From NCBI GenBank assembly GCA_900544595.1, contig UQVQ01000004.1:64275-128274 (forward strand): a stretch of DNA of 64,000 nt, in the 5' to 3' direction. Both the position numbers and the translations under genes were made by a program. This document shows positions 8,758 through 19,568 of this stretch, piece after piece. Source of the stretch: an uncultured Bacillota bacterium. Lineage in GTDB: Bacteria > Bacillota > Clostridia > Christensenellales > UBA1242. The stretch's first letter is position 1; each line of letters begins with the position of its first letter. The notes beneath the pieces were generated by a model. The model was not told the origin of the DNA. It searched no databases and was given only the letters and a program-made list of their open reading frames with translations.

Positions 8758-9696
8758 TTAATATCTAAACTTCTTTTTAATTCCTGGCTTACGTTTAAAC
8801 AAGTTTGATTCTTCGTGAACTTCTTGCTTTGGCTCGCCTTCTTCGCTTGGAACTTCTTCTTTTTGCTCTTCAATTTCTTCTTTTTTCTGTTCTTCTTCGC
8901 GAAGTCTTCTTTCTTCGGCTTGTTCTTTTTCAATTTCGTCGTTTAACGTTTGTGCTGCTTTGTTAAGTTTCTCAATAACTCGATTTGCCGCCTCCATTTT
9001 TGCCTTATCAAAAACTTTTTGAATTTCTTCGGTTTGCTCCATAAATTTTTCTGGCATTTTAACAAGTTCTTCTGGGCTTATTTCAAGAATTTCAACAAGT
9101 TCGTCGCAAAGAAGTTTTGAAAGGAAAAGAACATAGTTTTCGTCAGTTATATCGAGAAAATCAATTAAAACGGAATGGTCGACGGAATCGAGCGAATCAA
9201 GAGCAGTTGTTAAATAAACTTGAAGTTTTGAAACGCTGAACGCATTTCCGTTTGATGCTGCAAGAATTGTCCATTTCATATATTTTTCATAATTCATAAT
9301 GCAAAAATCATAGAAGCCTTTTTTATAGCAATAGCCCAAGAAATCTTGCGCACTGCAATTAGTTATTGCATTTGATGTTATATTATAAACCGCATCGTCA
9401 TATTCTGCATAAGCTTTTTCCGACTTGCCTCTTTTTGCGGAAAGTTCGTCCATTTGACGGCGGAGTTCCATAAAAATTGCGCGATAAAGTTCAATGTCAA
9501 ATGTTGAGGAAGTGTTAAAATCTTTTGTTAAATCAATGTCTAAATTACGTTTTTCTTTTGGCTTTGTTTCAAAATTAAATTCGCGCTTTGGAGTTTCTTG
9601 TTTAACTTCAACTTTCTCTTTTTCTGACTTCGCTGTTGTTTTAGGGGTTCTCTTTTTTGGAGTTAATTTTTTTTCTTCTTCCTTTTTAACTGGCAT
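8758..9696 (-). CDS. Hypothetical protein with K/E-rich termini and a possible Sel1/TPR-like core
   Basis: 312-aa ORF with GAGGTGG SD; KYMKWTILAASNGNAFSVSKL resembles a Sel1 repeat. Confidence 0.5.
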   Translation of the reverse strand: MPVKKEEEKKLTPKKRTPKTTAKSEKEKVEVKQETPKREFNFETKPKEKRNLDIDLTKDFNTSSTFDIELYRAIFMELRRQMDELSAKRGKSEKAYAEYDDAVYNITSNAITNCSAQDFLGYCYKKGFYDFCIMNYEKYMKWTILAASNGNAFSVSKLQVYLTTALDSLDSVDHSVLIDFLDITDENYVLFLSKLLCDELVEILEISPEELVKMPEKFMEQTEEIQKVFDKAKMEAANRVIEKLNKAAQTLNDEIEKEQAEERRLREEEQKKEEIEEQKEEVPSEEGEPKQEVHEESNLFKRKPGIKKKFRY

Positions 9697-9752
9697 TTTT
9701 CCACCTCACTTTAGTTTAGTATAACAAAAATAATTAAAAAACATAAACAAAA

Positions 9753-11210
9753 TTATAACAATGGGGCAAAAAGTCTAACAAAAGCTTGAGTAAATTTGTT
9801 AAACAAAATTTTCCGCTTAAAAAATATTTTGTCAACTTTAATACAGTTTTTTTCATCGTTTTCAAAGTATTTAACATTTTGCATAACAAAATCTTTTCCA
9901 TAAAGAAATGCCATAACTTCAAAATTGAGAGCAAAAGAACGGTTGTCGAAATTGCAAGAACCAATTGCAACAACTTTTCCGTCAACAATAAACGTTTTTG
10001 AATGTAAAAAGCCGTTATATAAATAAAACTCAATCCCAGAAGGAAGAAGGTCTTTAACATAAGATAAACTTGCCAAGTAAACAAATTTTTTATCTGGCTT
10101 TAAAGGCAACATAATTTTAATTGAAACACCGCTAAGTTTTGCAATTTTAAGAGCACTTAAAAGAGCTTCGTCGGGAATGAAATAAGGGGTTTGAATTAAA
10201 ATTGAGTCTTTTGCGCTCAATATCATTTTCAAAATAGATTCTCTAATTGGTTGGTTTGGAAGGTCGGGCCCGCTTGTTAAAATTTGGCAACCTGTGTTTC
10301 CATATGTTCCAAGTTTTGGAAAATATCCTTCGTCCAAAAGATTGTTCATGCTTGAACTTATGTTTTTGCAATATCTCCAATCGTTGAAAAAAGCAACTTG
10401 AAGATTATATGCCGAACTTCCAACAATTCGAAGGTGAGTGTCGCGCCAAGGGCTTAGTTTTGGCTTTCTTCCCATATGGTCGTCGCGAATGTTAATTCCG
10501 CCTGTGTAAGCAATTTTCCCGTCGATAACAACAATTTTTTTGTGATTTCGATAGTTTGCTTTAAAACTGAAAAGACGAATTCCAAGAAAAAAAGGGAAGA
10601 ACTCGGCAATTTCTCCGCCTGCTTTAACAAGCTTTTTAAAGAATGATGGTTTCGTTCTGTGACTTCCAAAAGAATCGTAGATGAGTTTAACTTTAACCCC
10701 TTCTTTTGCTTTTCTTATAAGAATTTCCATAATTTCTTTGCCAACTTGGTCGTCGGCAAAAATGTAGTATAAAAGATTGATTGAATGTTTTGCTTTTTCA
10801 AGGTCTTTTTTAAGAGCTGCTATTTTATCTTCGCCCGAAAGAAAAACTCGAACATCATTGTTTTTAAAATATGAACAATTTGAAATGTTAAGATTGAAAA
10901 GGAGAATGTCTAAACACTCTTTATCTGCATCCGAAATTTTTCTTGAAGAAAAAAGATGTTTTTGCTCTTTAACAAATTCCTCATATTCTTTGGCAATGAG
11001 TCTTTTCTTTTTAAACATCTTTTTTGTTCGATAGCTAAGTCCGCTTCCAACAAAACAGTAAATTATAAAACCAACGATTGGGAAAAATGTTAAAACCATC
11101 GACCAAGCAACAATTGTTGTTGGTTTTTTGCGTTCAACAAAAATCATTGTTAAAACACAAAGGAAATTAACACACAAAATTATTAAAATAACGATCCCGA
11201 AAATTGACAT
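9753..11210 (-). CDS. cls: Cardiolipin synthase (two HKD motifs)
   Basis: HKKIVVIDG and HSKTFIVDG motifs; N-terminal TM pair. Confidence 0.9.
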   Translation of the reverse strand: MSIFGIVILIILCVNFLCVLTMIFVERKKPTTIVAWSMVLTFFPIVGFIIYCFVGSGLSYRTKKMFKKKRLIAKEYEEFVKEQKHLFSSRKISDADKECLDILLFNLNISNCSYFKNNDVRVFLSGEDKIAALKKDLEKAKHSINLLYYIFADDQVGKEIMEILIRKAKEGVKVKLIYDSFGSHRTKPSFFKKLVKAGGEIAEFFPFFLGIRLFSFKANYRNHKKIVVIDGKIAYTGGINIRDDHMGRKPKLSPWRDTHLRIVGSSAYNLQVAFFNDWRYCKNISSSMNNLLDEGYFPKLGTYGNTGCQILTSGPDLPNQPIRESILKMILSAKDSILIQTPYFIPDEALLSALKIAKLSGVSIKIMLPLKPDKKFVYLASLSYVKDLLPSGIEFYLYNGFLHSKTFIVDGKVVAIGSCNFDNRSFALNFEVMAFLYGKDFVMQNVKYFENDEKNCIKVDKIFFKRKILFNKFTQAFVRLFAPLL

Positions 11211-11324
11211 AATTACAACTTAGTTTACACAATTATACCACATTAAATTATTTTTTTGCAAATACTAAAGAAAATCGCGTTAAAGATTGGAGAATTATAT
11301 AAATTGTGTTATATTAAAGGTAAG

Positions 11325-14300
11325 ATGAAAAAAAATATATTTGGAAGTTTATTATTTATTTTAATGCTCTCAATAGGGTTTTCCTTCGTTGGAATTCCAA
11401 GCGTTTCGGCGCAAATTAGCGGAGGAGACGACTTAAACCCTGCCGTTGTTCACTTGATAAATAAAGTTAAAAACGGAAAAGATTCCTATTTTAATTCATT
11501 TGTTCAAGCGGGGTTAACTTCTTCCCACTACACTTTTCGCGACTATAAAGGAAATCAGGTTTATAACTATATCATTAGAAATATGACAACCGACAGCTTT
11601 TCCGATAAAAACGCAATTGTAAAAAGCGAAGTTTTTTCGCTAAGTTCCGACTATCAAAAAATTGCAAATGCAGCCAAACTTTATGTTTCGGGAAGTGCGG
11701 GGCATTTGGCGGCATCAACGGACGATCGCGATAAGGTTATTTTCTCGCTCATAACAACAGGAGCGCTAAACGAAACAAAAACTATTACGGGAAACCGTGT
11801 TTACACTTCTGGCTCTTATGCGCCATTATGGGTTGAAACCGAAAGAACTCTTCTTCGAAGCGGTTCAACAATTCAATTTAACTTTGAAACTCAAAAAGGA
11901 TATGGACAAGACAATTCAAAAGGTTTTTATGTTTTCGATCCTTGCCTTAACTATTCCGTTGAAATCGACAGTTTAACAACCTTGATTGAAGGAAGAGATG
12001 TTTTCCGCGGCGAGCAAATTTATCTTAACGCAACAAACCCAATTTTGGAATTATTTGGCGGCGAAACCGTTAACTATTTCAAAAATATTTTCAAAATTGA
12101 ATGGGAAGTTACAAAAGGCAAAGCGCATATTGATAAAGAAGCGCTTACAAATGGATACTTAAAAGTTTCCAACACGGCAACTGGCGATATAACTGTTCGT
12201 GCAAAATGCAAATCGTCTTCTGTTTCGAATGAATACATCTATTCCCCAACAATAACATTCAAAGTTAAAAGTGGAGAAACAGGCATTAGCGTTGCATCAA
12301 ATTTTGAAGAAGGAATTAAATCTGTTTCCTATTCTCAAAATGGAACAGCATATGATGTTTCGGTTGTTTTAAACGATGGATTTGTTCCAACTTCAACAGA
12401 AAATTATAATTTTGGAACAAAAACATTAACATTCCAAAATGTTGAAGAAAAATCTATTGTTAATGTTTCTCTTAAAAAACAAATTTCAATTAAGGAAATT
12501 ATTGCAAAAGACAAGGCATACGACGGAACAAACACTGCGGAAATTAAAGAAATTATTTTTAATGAAAAAATTGACGAAACAATTGGAATTAACGGATTAA
12601 CAATAAGTTTTAATGATATTATTGCCGGAACTTCAAGTTTATCTTACGAAGGGACTGCCGTTTTAAAACCTGATTTTGGAAAAAAATATGAACTTGTTGA
12701 TTTCGGAACGCCAATTGTTGTTTCTGGGCAAATTCTAAAGCGAGATGTTGTTGTTTCTGCAAAATACACAACACAAGGAATTGGACAAACTGAAAAGCCA
12801 ATTGAATTTACTGCAACTGGTCTTGTGAATGGCGAAAGCCTTGGCGGGAAACTTGCAAAGGAAAGCGGAACAACGGTTGGGAAATATAGAATTACAATTG
12901 GAACACTTGCAAGCGAAAATCCAAACTATAACATTATTTTCTTTTCAAATGTTTATGAAATAACAAAAATAAATTTTAAAATAACAGACGTCACAATTGA
13001 AAAAGTTTATGATGGCGAAACCGAAATTCAATCCATAAGCATTGACAATCTTGAATTTTCAATTAAGAATGGCAAGGAATATATAAGTGCAACATGGAGC
13101 GAAATTGCAAAAGACAGCAATGTTGGTCTTCGTTTAACCGCAAGCTTCAAGGATAACGCAAATGTTGGAGCAGGAAAACCTGTTAGTTTTGTTGCCGAAC
13201 TTATTGGAACGGATAAAGCAAACTTTGAACTTGAAAGTGTTCCAACCAATGTTTATGGAAAAATAACAAAAGCGCCAATTGAAATCACTGCGCATTCCGA
13301 TCAAAAACAATTTGGCGATTCCGACCCAGAACTTACATACACAATAACCTCTGGGCAACTTTATAACAGCGATAGTTTAACAGGAGAACTTAGCCGTCAA
13401 TCGGGCGAAAATGTTGGGGTATATCAAATTCAAAAAGGAACTCTTTCCGCAGGCAATAACTATCAACTTACTTTTGTTGGGAACACTTTTGAAGTTATTA
13501 AAAGACAAGTTAAGGTTAACGCACTTAAAGTGACGAAACACTATGGCGATGTTGACGAACAGTTAACTTATGAGCTTGTTGGAGGGACAACCGAAGTTCA
13601 AGAGGGTTTAAATCTTAAACTTGAGCGCGAAAAAGGCGAACTTGTTGGAACATATGAAATTTCAGTTGTAAGTTATAATGACAGAAACTATGAAATTGTT
13701 TCCTTCACGCAAGAAGGCTTTGAGATTTTAAAGAGAGAAATAATAATTTCAGTTTACAGCAAGGAAAAAGAATACGATTCAACCGACCGTGCGGAAGTTG
13801 TTTATGAAATCTCAAATTTGCAAGCGAACAATCCAGATAATATTCGCATTGATATAACAGCAAAATTTAGAGGAACAACAGTTAGAGAATGGGGAATTCT
13901 ATATTACTATGAAGGAAGCCTTATAACAGATTTTTCAAGCAGCCTTGTTCTTGGAAATAATGTTGATTGCTATGACATAACATTCGATGTTAACTACACC
14001 GCAAACATAACAATAAGAAAAATTTATATTGTTATCAAAAACGGAAAAGTTACAAAAGAATGGGGCGACCCAGATCCAAATCCTCTTCCATATCAAATTG
14101 AAAATGGATTTGAAGGAATTGTTTTAACAGGGCAACTTGAAAGAGGCTTAACCGGGCAAGATCAAGATGGCTATGTTGTTAACAACAATGAAGTTGGAAT
14201 CTATCCATTACATCTTGGAACTTTAATTAACCCAACAAACAGCCAATATTTTGATATAAGTTTTAAAGAGGAAACCTACTATTTTGAAATTATTAAGCGA

Positions 14301-16673
14301 AGGGTCATTCTCTCTGCTCCAAACACAATGAAAATTTATGGAGAAGAAGACCCAGAGTTTCCTTTTGCGCTTGCTCCTGGAATAACTCTTCCAGAAGGGG
14401 TTAGCCTTCAAGACATTTTAACAAACGGGAAATTAAGTCGTCGTCAAGGCGAAAATGTTGGCAAATATACCTATGGACTTGGGGAAGTTAAACTAATTTC
14501 AACCCAACAAAAAAACTATGAACTTTTCCTTAATGAAAACTATTTGGAAATTGTTCCAAGAGATATTGAAATTCAAATTGAAAACGCAACAAAAGAATAT
14601 GGCGAGGAAAATCCAGAGTTTAAATATACAATTGTTTCGGGCTCAATTGGGTTTGAAGGGGATTTAATAATTTCCTATTCGGGCGACCCTAACGTTGGCA
14701 AGCACGAACTTCAAGCACTAATCAATTCCGATAACTATAATTTAACATCAAACAGGGCATATTTAACAATAACCCCAGCGCCAATTATGATTCAATCGGA
14801 CTACCTTCAAAAAACTTATGGGGACGAGGACCCAGAGTTAACATTTTATTTGAGTGAAGGTCAACTAAAATATGACGACACATTTGAATCCATTTTAACT
14901 GGCTTCATTAAAAGAGGCGAAGGCGAAAATGTTGGGACATATTCAATTCTTAAAAATACGTTGGCTGCCAACGGAAACTATGCTTTAACATTTAACGGAA
15001 GCAATTTTGTTATCAATAAACGCGATGCATATGTTGTTGCAAACCCAGTTGAAAAATTTTTAGACGAAATTAACGATCCATATGAACTTACGTATGAAGT
15101 TTCAAATCTTATTGAAGGAGATGTCCTTTCGGGAGAACTTGCTGTTGAACTAACAGGAGTTGGAGAGTTTGAAATTGGGATTGGAACTCTTGCAAACAGC
15201 AACTATCAAATTCACTACACTTCCGCAATTTTCAAAGTTTCAAAGCGCTCAATTCAAATTACTGTTGAAGGTCAAACAAGAGCTTACGATTCAACAACAA
15301 ACCACGGCGAGTTTAAATATGAAATTAGTGGAGAAATTAAAGAGGGGCATGGGAAATCATATTTCAATGTTGTTCTTTCTTGCAACCCAGAAAAAAATGT
15401 TGGAACCTATCCAATTGAAGTTTCCTATTCAAGCGAGGTTAACACTTTCTACGATGTTAAAATTCAAAAAGGATACTTTATAATAAATAAAAGACTTATT
15501 AACGTTAAAGCCCACGATGTTAATATTATTTACGGCGACGAAATCCCAGCGGAAAGCGACCTTCAATTTGAATTAGGGGAAGGTAGCGTTATTTTCAATA
15601 ATGAGATTGAAATTAAACTTGGTTATGAAGGTGTTATTTCTGGCGCTGGGGAATATGACATAATTGATAAAACAATTGAAAACGATAACTATCAAGTTAA
15701 TGTTGAAAAAGGAAAATTGACAATCACCCCAAAAGAAATTAAAGTTGAAATTTCCAATTTCGAAAAAATTTATGGCAATGCCGACCCAGATTTCACATTC
15801 TCATTTGCCCAAGGTGCAGTTGTCCAAGGCGATGAAATTTCAGGGAGGATAACCCGCGAAGAGGGCGAAACGGTTGGTGTTTACGAATTGGTTTGCGAAC
15901 TTGAAAATCCAAATTACATAATTAAAATGGACAAAACAACATTAACAATCAACAAAAGACATTTAACCATAGTTGTTTCGATAAAAGATAAGGTTTTCGA
16001 CGGAACAACAAGTGTCGAACCGGCGAAAGAACCAAAAATTCTAAACAAAATTGAAGGCGACGACATTGGAGTTGAATATATTGCAGCATTCGCTGATTCA
16101 GGTGTTTCTCCAAGAACAACTGTTAACATCATTTCAAGCACTCTCACTGGAAGTGCAAAAGATAACTACACATATGAATTTGCTCCAATTGAAGCGCAAA
16201 TAACCTATCGAACACTCACAAAAGAAGGTGTTAAAATTTCCGTTGAAGATGGAAACACATCGTTAACTTGGGGGTCATACATAAAAGTTGAATATCTGCT
16301 TGCCGAAGAAATTGGAAGCATAGCAAAAGATAAGAACACAGAGTCGGGGATTGTTATCTTGCTTTATAACAGAAACAACGAAATTATAACAAACTTTGGA
16401 AAGATTAAGGTTACAATCAACTTAGATGAATTTCCATACGAAAAATTTGATATCTATCTTTTAAATGAAGATGGAAAAATAGAAAAAATGAAATATGAGG
16501 AAGCAATTAACGACATTTCATTCGAAACAACAAAACTTGGAACGTTTGTTGCAACAACCGATCGAAATATTGCTTTAATCTATTTCCTAATTGCTTTGGG
16601 AAGCGCAGTTGGAGCCGGAGCAATCATCACAGGAATTGTTGTTGGAGTTAAAAAAGCTAAAGGGAAAATTTAA
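11325..16673 (+). CDS. Giant cell-surface protein with MBG (YGX-type) and YDG repeats and a C-terminal TM anchor
   Basis: Signal peptide from the ATG at 11325. At least 10 repeats of the form K.YGD.DPELTY...G.L...GENVGTY.I...NY.I.F. About 5 KxYDGT units. Confidence 0.8.
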   Translation: MKKNIFGSLLFILMLSIGFSFVGIPSVSAQISGGDDLNPAVVHLINKVKNGKDSYFNSFVQAGLTSSHYTFRDYKGNQVYNYIIRNMTTDSFSDKNAIVKSEVFSLSSDYQKIANAAKLYVSGSAGHLAASTDDRDKVIFSLITTGALNETKTITGNRVYTSGSYAPLWVETERTLLRSGSTIQFNFETQKGYGQDNSKGFYVFDPCLNYSVEIDSLTTLIEGRDVFRGEQIYLNATNPILELFGGETVNYFKNIFKIEWEVTKGKAHIDKEALTNGYLKVSNTATGDITVRAKCKSSSVSNEYIYSPTITFKVKSGETGISVASNFEEGIKSVSYSQNGTAYDVSVVLNDGFVPTSTENYNFGTKTLTFQNVEEKSIVNVSLKKQISIKEIIAKDKAYDGTNTAEIKEIIFNEKIDETIGINGLTISFNDIIAGTSSLSYEGTAVLKPDFGKKYELVDFGTPIVVSGQILKRDVVVSAKYTTQGIGQTEKPIEFTATGLVNGESLGGKLAKESGTTVGKYRITIGTLASENPNYNIIFFSNVYEITKINFKITDVTIEKVYDGETEIQSISIDNLEFSIKNGKEYISATWSEIAKDSNVGLRLTASFKDNANVGAGKPVSFVAELIGTDKANFELESVPTNVYGKITKAPIEITAHSDQKQFGDSDPELTYTITSGQLYNSDSLTGELSRQSGENVGVYQIQKGTLSAGNNYQLTFVGNTFEVIKRQVKVNALKVTKHYGDVDEQLTYELVGGTTEVQEGLNLKLEREKGELVGTYEISVVSYNDRNYEIVSFTQEGFEILKREIIISVYSKEKEYDSTDRAEVVYEISNLQANNPDNIRIDITAKFRGTTVREWGILYYYEGSLITDFSSSLVLGNNVDCYDITFDVNYTANITIRKIYIVIKNGKVTKEWGDPDPNPLPYQIENGFEGIVLTGQLERGLTGQDQDGYVVNNNEVGIYPLHLGTLINPTNSQYFDISFKEETYYFEIIKRRVILSAPNTMKIYGEEDPEFPFALAPGITLPEGVSLQDILTNGKLSRRQGENVGKYTYGLGEVKLISTQQKNYELFLNENYLEIVPRDIEIQIENATKEYGEENPEFKYTIVSGSIGFEGDLIISYSGDPNVGKHELQALINSDNYNLTSNRAYLTITPAPIMIQSDYLQKTYGDEDPELTFYLSEGQLKYDDTFESILTGFIKRGEGENVGTYSILKNTLAANGNYALTFNGSNFVINKRDAYVVANPVEKFLDEINDPYELTYEVSNLIEGDVLSGELAVELTGVGEFEIGIGTLANSNYQIHYTSAIFKVSKRSIQITVEGQTRAYDSTTNHGEFKYEISGEIKEGHGKSYFNVVLSCNPEKNVGTYPIEVSYSSEVNTFYDVKIQKGYFIINKRLINVKAHDVNIIYGDEIPAESDLQFELGEGSVIFNNEIEIKLGYEGVISGAGEYDIIDKTIENDNYQVNVEKGKLTITPKEIKVEISNFEKIYGNADPDFTFSFAQGAVVQGDEISGRITREEGETVGVYELVCELENPNYIIKMDKTTLTINKRHLTIVVSIKDKVFDGTTSVEPAKEPKILNKIEGDDIGVEYIAAFADSGVSPRTTVNIISSTLTGSAKDNYTYEFAPIEAQITYRTLTKEGVKISVEDGNTSLTWGSYIKVEYLLAEEIGSIAKDKNTESGIVILLYNRNNEIITNFGKIKVTINLDEFPYEKFDIYLLNEDGKIEKMKYEEAINDISFETTKLGTFVATTDRNIALIYFLIALGSAVGAGAIITGIVVGVKKAKGKI

Positions 16674-16701
16674 AAAAAAGAGCGAAATTTCGCTCTTTTT
16701 T
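16672..16701. terminator. Bidirectional terminator between the surface-protein gene and groEL
   Basis: A-run, AGAGCGAAATTTCGCTCT, T-run. Confidence 0.75.
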
Positions 16702-16716
16702 AATACACTTTAATAA

Positions 16717-18315
16717 CTAGTTTTTTTGCTCCGAAAAGTTAACCTCGTCGGCAATTAAACAGTCTGTTGTTAAAAGAGTTGATGCAACGCTTGCTGCGTT
16801 TTCAAGCGCACTGCAAGAAACTTTGCATGGGTCGATTATCCCAAGTTTAAACATATCGCCGAATTTATTGGAATAGAAATCGAATCCATAGTTAGGGTTT
16901 TTGTTCTTCATAATTTTTTCCAAGATAACTTCGCCGCAAAGTCCTGCATTTTTTGCAATTTGTTTTAAAGGAGTGTCAAGTGCATTTAAAACAACGTGCG
17001 CCCCTGTTTTCTCATCGCCTGTTAGTTTTTTAATAAGTTTTTCAACGGTTTTTTTAGTTTTAAGAAGAGCAACACCGCCTCCTGGAACAATTCCTTGTTC
17101 CAAGGCCGCTTTTGTTGCAGAAAGCGCATCTTCAATTCGAAGTTTCTTTTCAAGCATTTCAATTTCCGTTGGTGCGCCAACATTAATAACCGCAACGCCG
17201 CCCGCAAGTTTTGCCAAGCGCTCTTTAAGTTTTGCGTTGTCAAATCCGCTGTCTGTTTCGTCAAGTTGCATGCGAATTAATTTTGCTCTTTTTTCAACTT
17301 CTTCTTGCTTTCCAATTCCGCCAATAATTGTTGTTGTGTCTTTTGTTATCTTAATTTTTTTTGCGCGTCCAAGATCAGTTAGTTCAACATTTTCAAGCGC
17401 GTCGGTAAGTTCGCTTGAAACAAATTTTGCGCCAACAACGCACGCAATGTCTTTAAGCATTTCCGTTCGATTTTCGCCAAAAGAAGGGGCGCGAACCGCC
17501 GCAACCGAAAGAGTTCCTCTAAGCTTATTTAAAACAAGAGCGGTTAATGCATCGCCGTCAATTTCGTCGGCAATTATGAAAAGTTTTTCGTTTGCATTTG
17601 CAATTTTTTCCAAAAGTGGAAGGATTTGATTAAGGTTGTTGATTTTATGGTCGGTTATTAAAATAAGTGGATTTTCCAAAATTGCTTCCATTTTTTCCAT
17701 GTCGGTTGACATATATGGAGAGATGTAGCCGCGGTCGAATTGCATTCCTTGAGAAATTGCAAGTTCAGTTTTAATTGAGTTGGATTCTTGCGCGGAAATA
17801 ACACCGTCTTTCCCAACAATTTGAATTGCGTTTGCAATAAGTTCGCCAATTTCCTCGTCCCCGGCGGAAATTGTTGCAATTTGTTTAATTTCTTCGTGGG
17901 ATGAAACTTTTTTCGAAATTGATTTAAGTTTTGAAACAACTTGCGCGGTTGCCTTTGAAATTCCTTTTCGAAGAATAATTGGATTTGCGCCGGCAGCAAA
18001 ATTTTTTAATCCTTCTTTAACAATTGCTTGCGCAAGAACAATTGCAGTTGTTGTTCCGTCGCCCGCAACGTCGTTTGTTTTTATGCTTGCTTCCTTAATT
18101 AACTTTGCGCCAATGTTAACAAAAGGATTTGAAACTTCAATTTCTCTTGCAATTGTAACGCCGTCGTTTGTTATAAGGGGGGTTGCAAATTGCTTGTCGA
18201 GAACAACATTGCGTCCTTTTGGGCCTAATGTAACTTTAACAGCATCTGCAACAATGTTAACTCCTTCCTCCAAGGCAGCAGTTGCCGCCGCCGAATTTAA
18301 TATTTTTTTGCTCAT
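16717..18315 (-). CDS. groL: Chaperonin GroEL
   Basis: VKVTLGPKGRNVVL, ITNDGVTIAREIE and AGDGTTTA motifs. Confidence 0.95.
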   Translation of the reverse strand: MSKKILNSAAATAALEEGVNIVADAVKVTLGPKGRNVVLDKQFATPLITNDGVTIAREIEVSNPFVNIGAKLIKEASIKTNDVAGDGTTTAIVLAQAIVKEGLKNFAAGANPIILRKGISKATAQVVSKLKSISKKVSSHEEIKQIATISAGDEEIGELIANAIQIVGKDGVISAQESNSIKTELAISQGMQFDRGYISPYMSTDMEKMEAILENPLILITDHKINNLNQILPLLEKIANANEKLFIIADEIDGDALTALVLNKLRGTLSVAAVRAPSFGENRTEMLKDIACVVGAKFVSSELTDALENVELTDLGRAKKIKITKDTTTIIGGIGKQEEVEKRAKLIRMQLDETDSGFDNAKLKERLAKLAGGVAVINVGAPTEIEMLEKKLRIEDALSATKAALEQGIVPGGGVALLKTKKTVEKLIKKLTGDEKTGAHVVLNALDTPLKQIAKNAGLCGEVILEKIMKNKNPNYGFDFYSNKFGDMFKLGIIDPCKVSCSALENAASVASTLLTTDCLIADEVNFSEQKN

Positions 18316-18608
18316 TTTTCTTCCTCCTCTAAAACCGCCAAAATGTCTGGCTGGCGAATTATTGTGTAGGTTTCGTTTCCAAACTTATATTCCATTCCTG
18401 CAAACTTGGAATAGAAAATTGTGTCGCCAGGTTTAACATAAAAAACAATTTCATTCCCGTCAAGTTTTCCGCCTTGTCCAACAAAAACAACTTTTCCCAT
18501 TTGAGGTTTTTCTTGGCTTGATGTTGGCAAAAAAAGCCCGCTTTCTGTTTTTTCTCTCGCTTCAAATTGTTTAATAACAATTCGGTCGAAAAGAGGTTTA
18601 ATTTTCAT
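18312..18608 (-). CDS. groS: Co-chaperonin GroES
   Basis: MKIKPLFDRIVIK...; overlaps the groEL start by 4 nt. Confidence 0.93.
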   Translation of the reverse strand: MKIKPLFDRIVIKQFEAREKTESGLFLPTSSQEKPQMGKVVFVGQGGKLDGNEIVFYVKPGDTIFYSKFAGMEYKFGNETYTIIRQPDILAVLEEEEK

Positions 18609-18740
18609 ATTTTTCTCCTTTTTTTTGTTAATTTCAAAGAAAATCTCATAAAAATTTTAACTTTCTCATAAATTACATCAAAAGAATAGTTCTTTTGGGG
18701 CAAAAAATTCAACATTCGCTGCCATTTTTTATTTTAAATT

Positions 18741-19496
18741 ATGAAAAACGCACTTGGAAAGATTTTTGTTTTATTCCTATCTCTTGTTTGCATTGCTGTT
18801 TGTGTTCTGCTTGCAAGCATTCTTTCGTCGGCAATAACTGTTAGCAGTTCAGCTTCAAGTTCTTCCTATGACGGCTTTGAAATTTATGCAATCTCGCTTG
18901 GAAGTTACACTTCAAAACAAGCTGCCCAGGCAACAGAGGAAGATGTTATGCAGCGCGGCGGGGCAGGATATATCTATAAGAAAAACGAAATATATTATGT
19001 TTTGGCTTCGGCATATGAACGAGAAAATGACGCAAAACTTGTTAAAGAAAACTTGACGGCAAATAATAACACTTGCACTATTATGAAAATTGAAATTTCA
19101 GCGCCAGACCTTTCAAAAACAAGTTCTTCTTCGCAGGCAAAGTCTTTTCTTTCTGCTCTTGGAGAAATTAAAAATTCTGTCTTAAAGTTATATGATGTTT
19201 CTGTTGCTTTGGACACAAAAACAGTTGACGAAACAAAAGCTAAAATACAAATTATTGAAATTAAAGGAAGCCTTGAAAAAGAATTTGAAAAACTTTCACG
19301 GGGGACAAATGCAGTTGACGGAATTTACTATCAAACAATCAAAAACACCTTTGCCTCTCTTGAGAAACGGCTTGCCGACCTGCGAAACTATCAAACGATT
19401 AACGGAATTTCTCTTTCAGCAATGGTTAAAAAAACATATCTAAATTTCTTTTTTGAATTGCAGTCGCTAACAAGCGCGCTAAACAACGAATTTTAG
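18741..19496 (+). CDS. Membrane-anchored SPOR-domain protein
   Basis: N-terminal TM; SPOR-like YAISLGSYTSKQAAQATEEDVMQRGGAGYIYKKNEIYYVLASAY. Confidence 0.55.
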   Translation: MKNALGKIFVLFLSLVCIAVCVLLASILSSAITVSSSASSSSYDGFEIYAISLGSYTSKQAAQATEEDVMQRGGAGYIYKKNEIYYVLASAYERENDAKLVKENLTANNNTCTIMKIEISAPDLSKTSSSSQAKSFLSALGEIKNSVLKLYDVSVALDTKTVDETKAKIQIIEIKGSLEKEFEKLSRGTNAVDGIYYQTIKNTFASLEKRLADLRNYQTINGISLSAMVKKTYLNFFFELQSLTSALNNEF

Positions 19497-19568
19497 AATT
19501 AAATTTTTCTTTTCGGGCAAACTACTTATAGCAAAGCAGGTGCTTTGACTTGCAAAGGAGGTGGGCAA

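Noticed and set aside
11256-11324. 23-aa N-terminal extension of the giant surface-protein ORF
   Set aside because: The ATG at 11325 immediately precedes a canonical signal peptide (MKKNIFGSLLFILML...) and has an AAAGG SD; the extension covers the promoter.
16901-17629. 242-aa plus-strand ORF antisense to groEL, with smaller ones at 17022-18436
   Set aside because: It is Ser/Ala/Phe-rich antisense-frame sequence of a highly conserved gene, with no SD or promoter.
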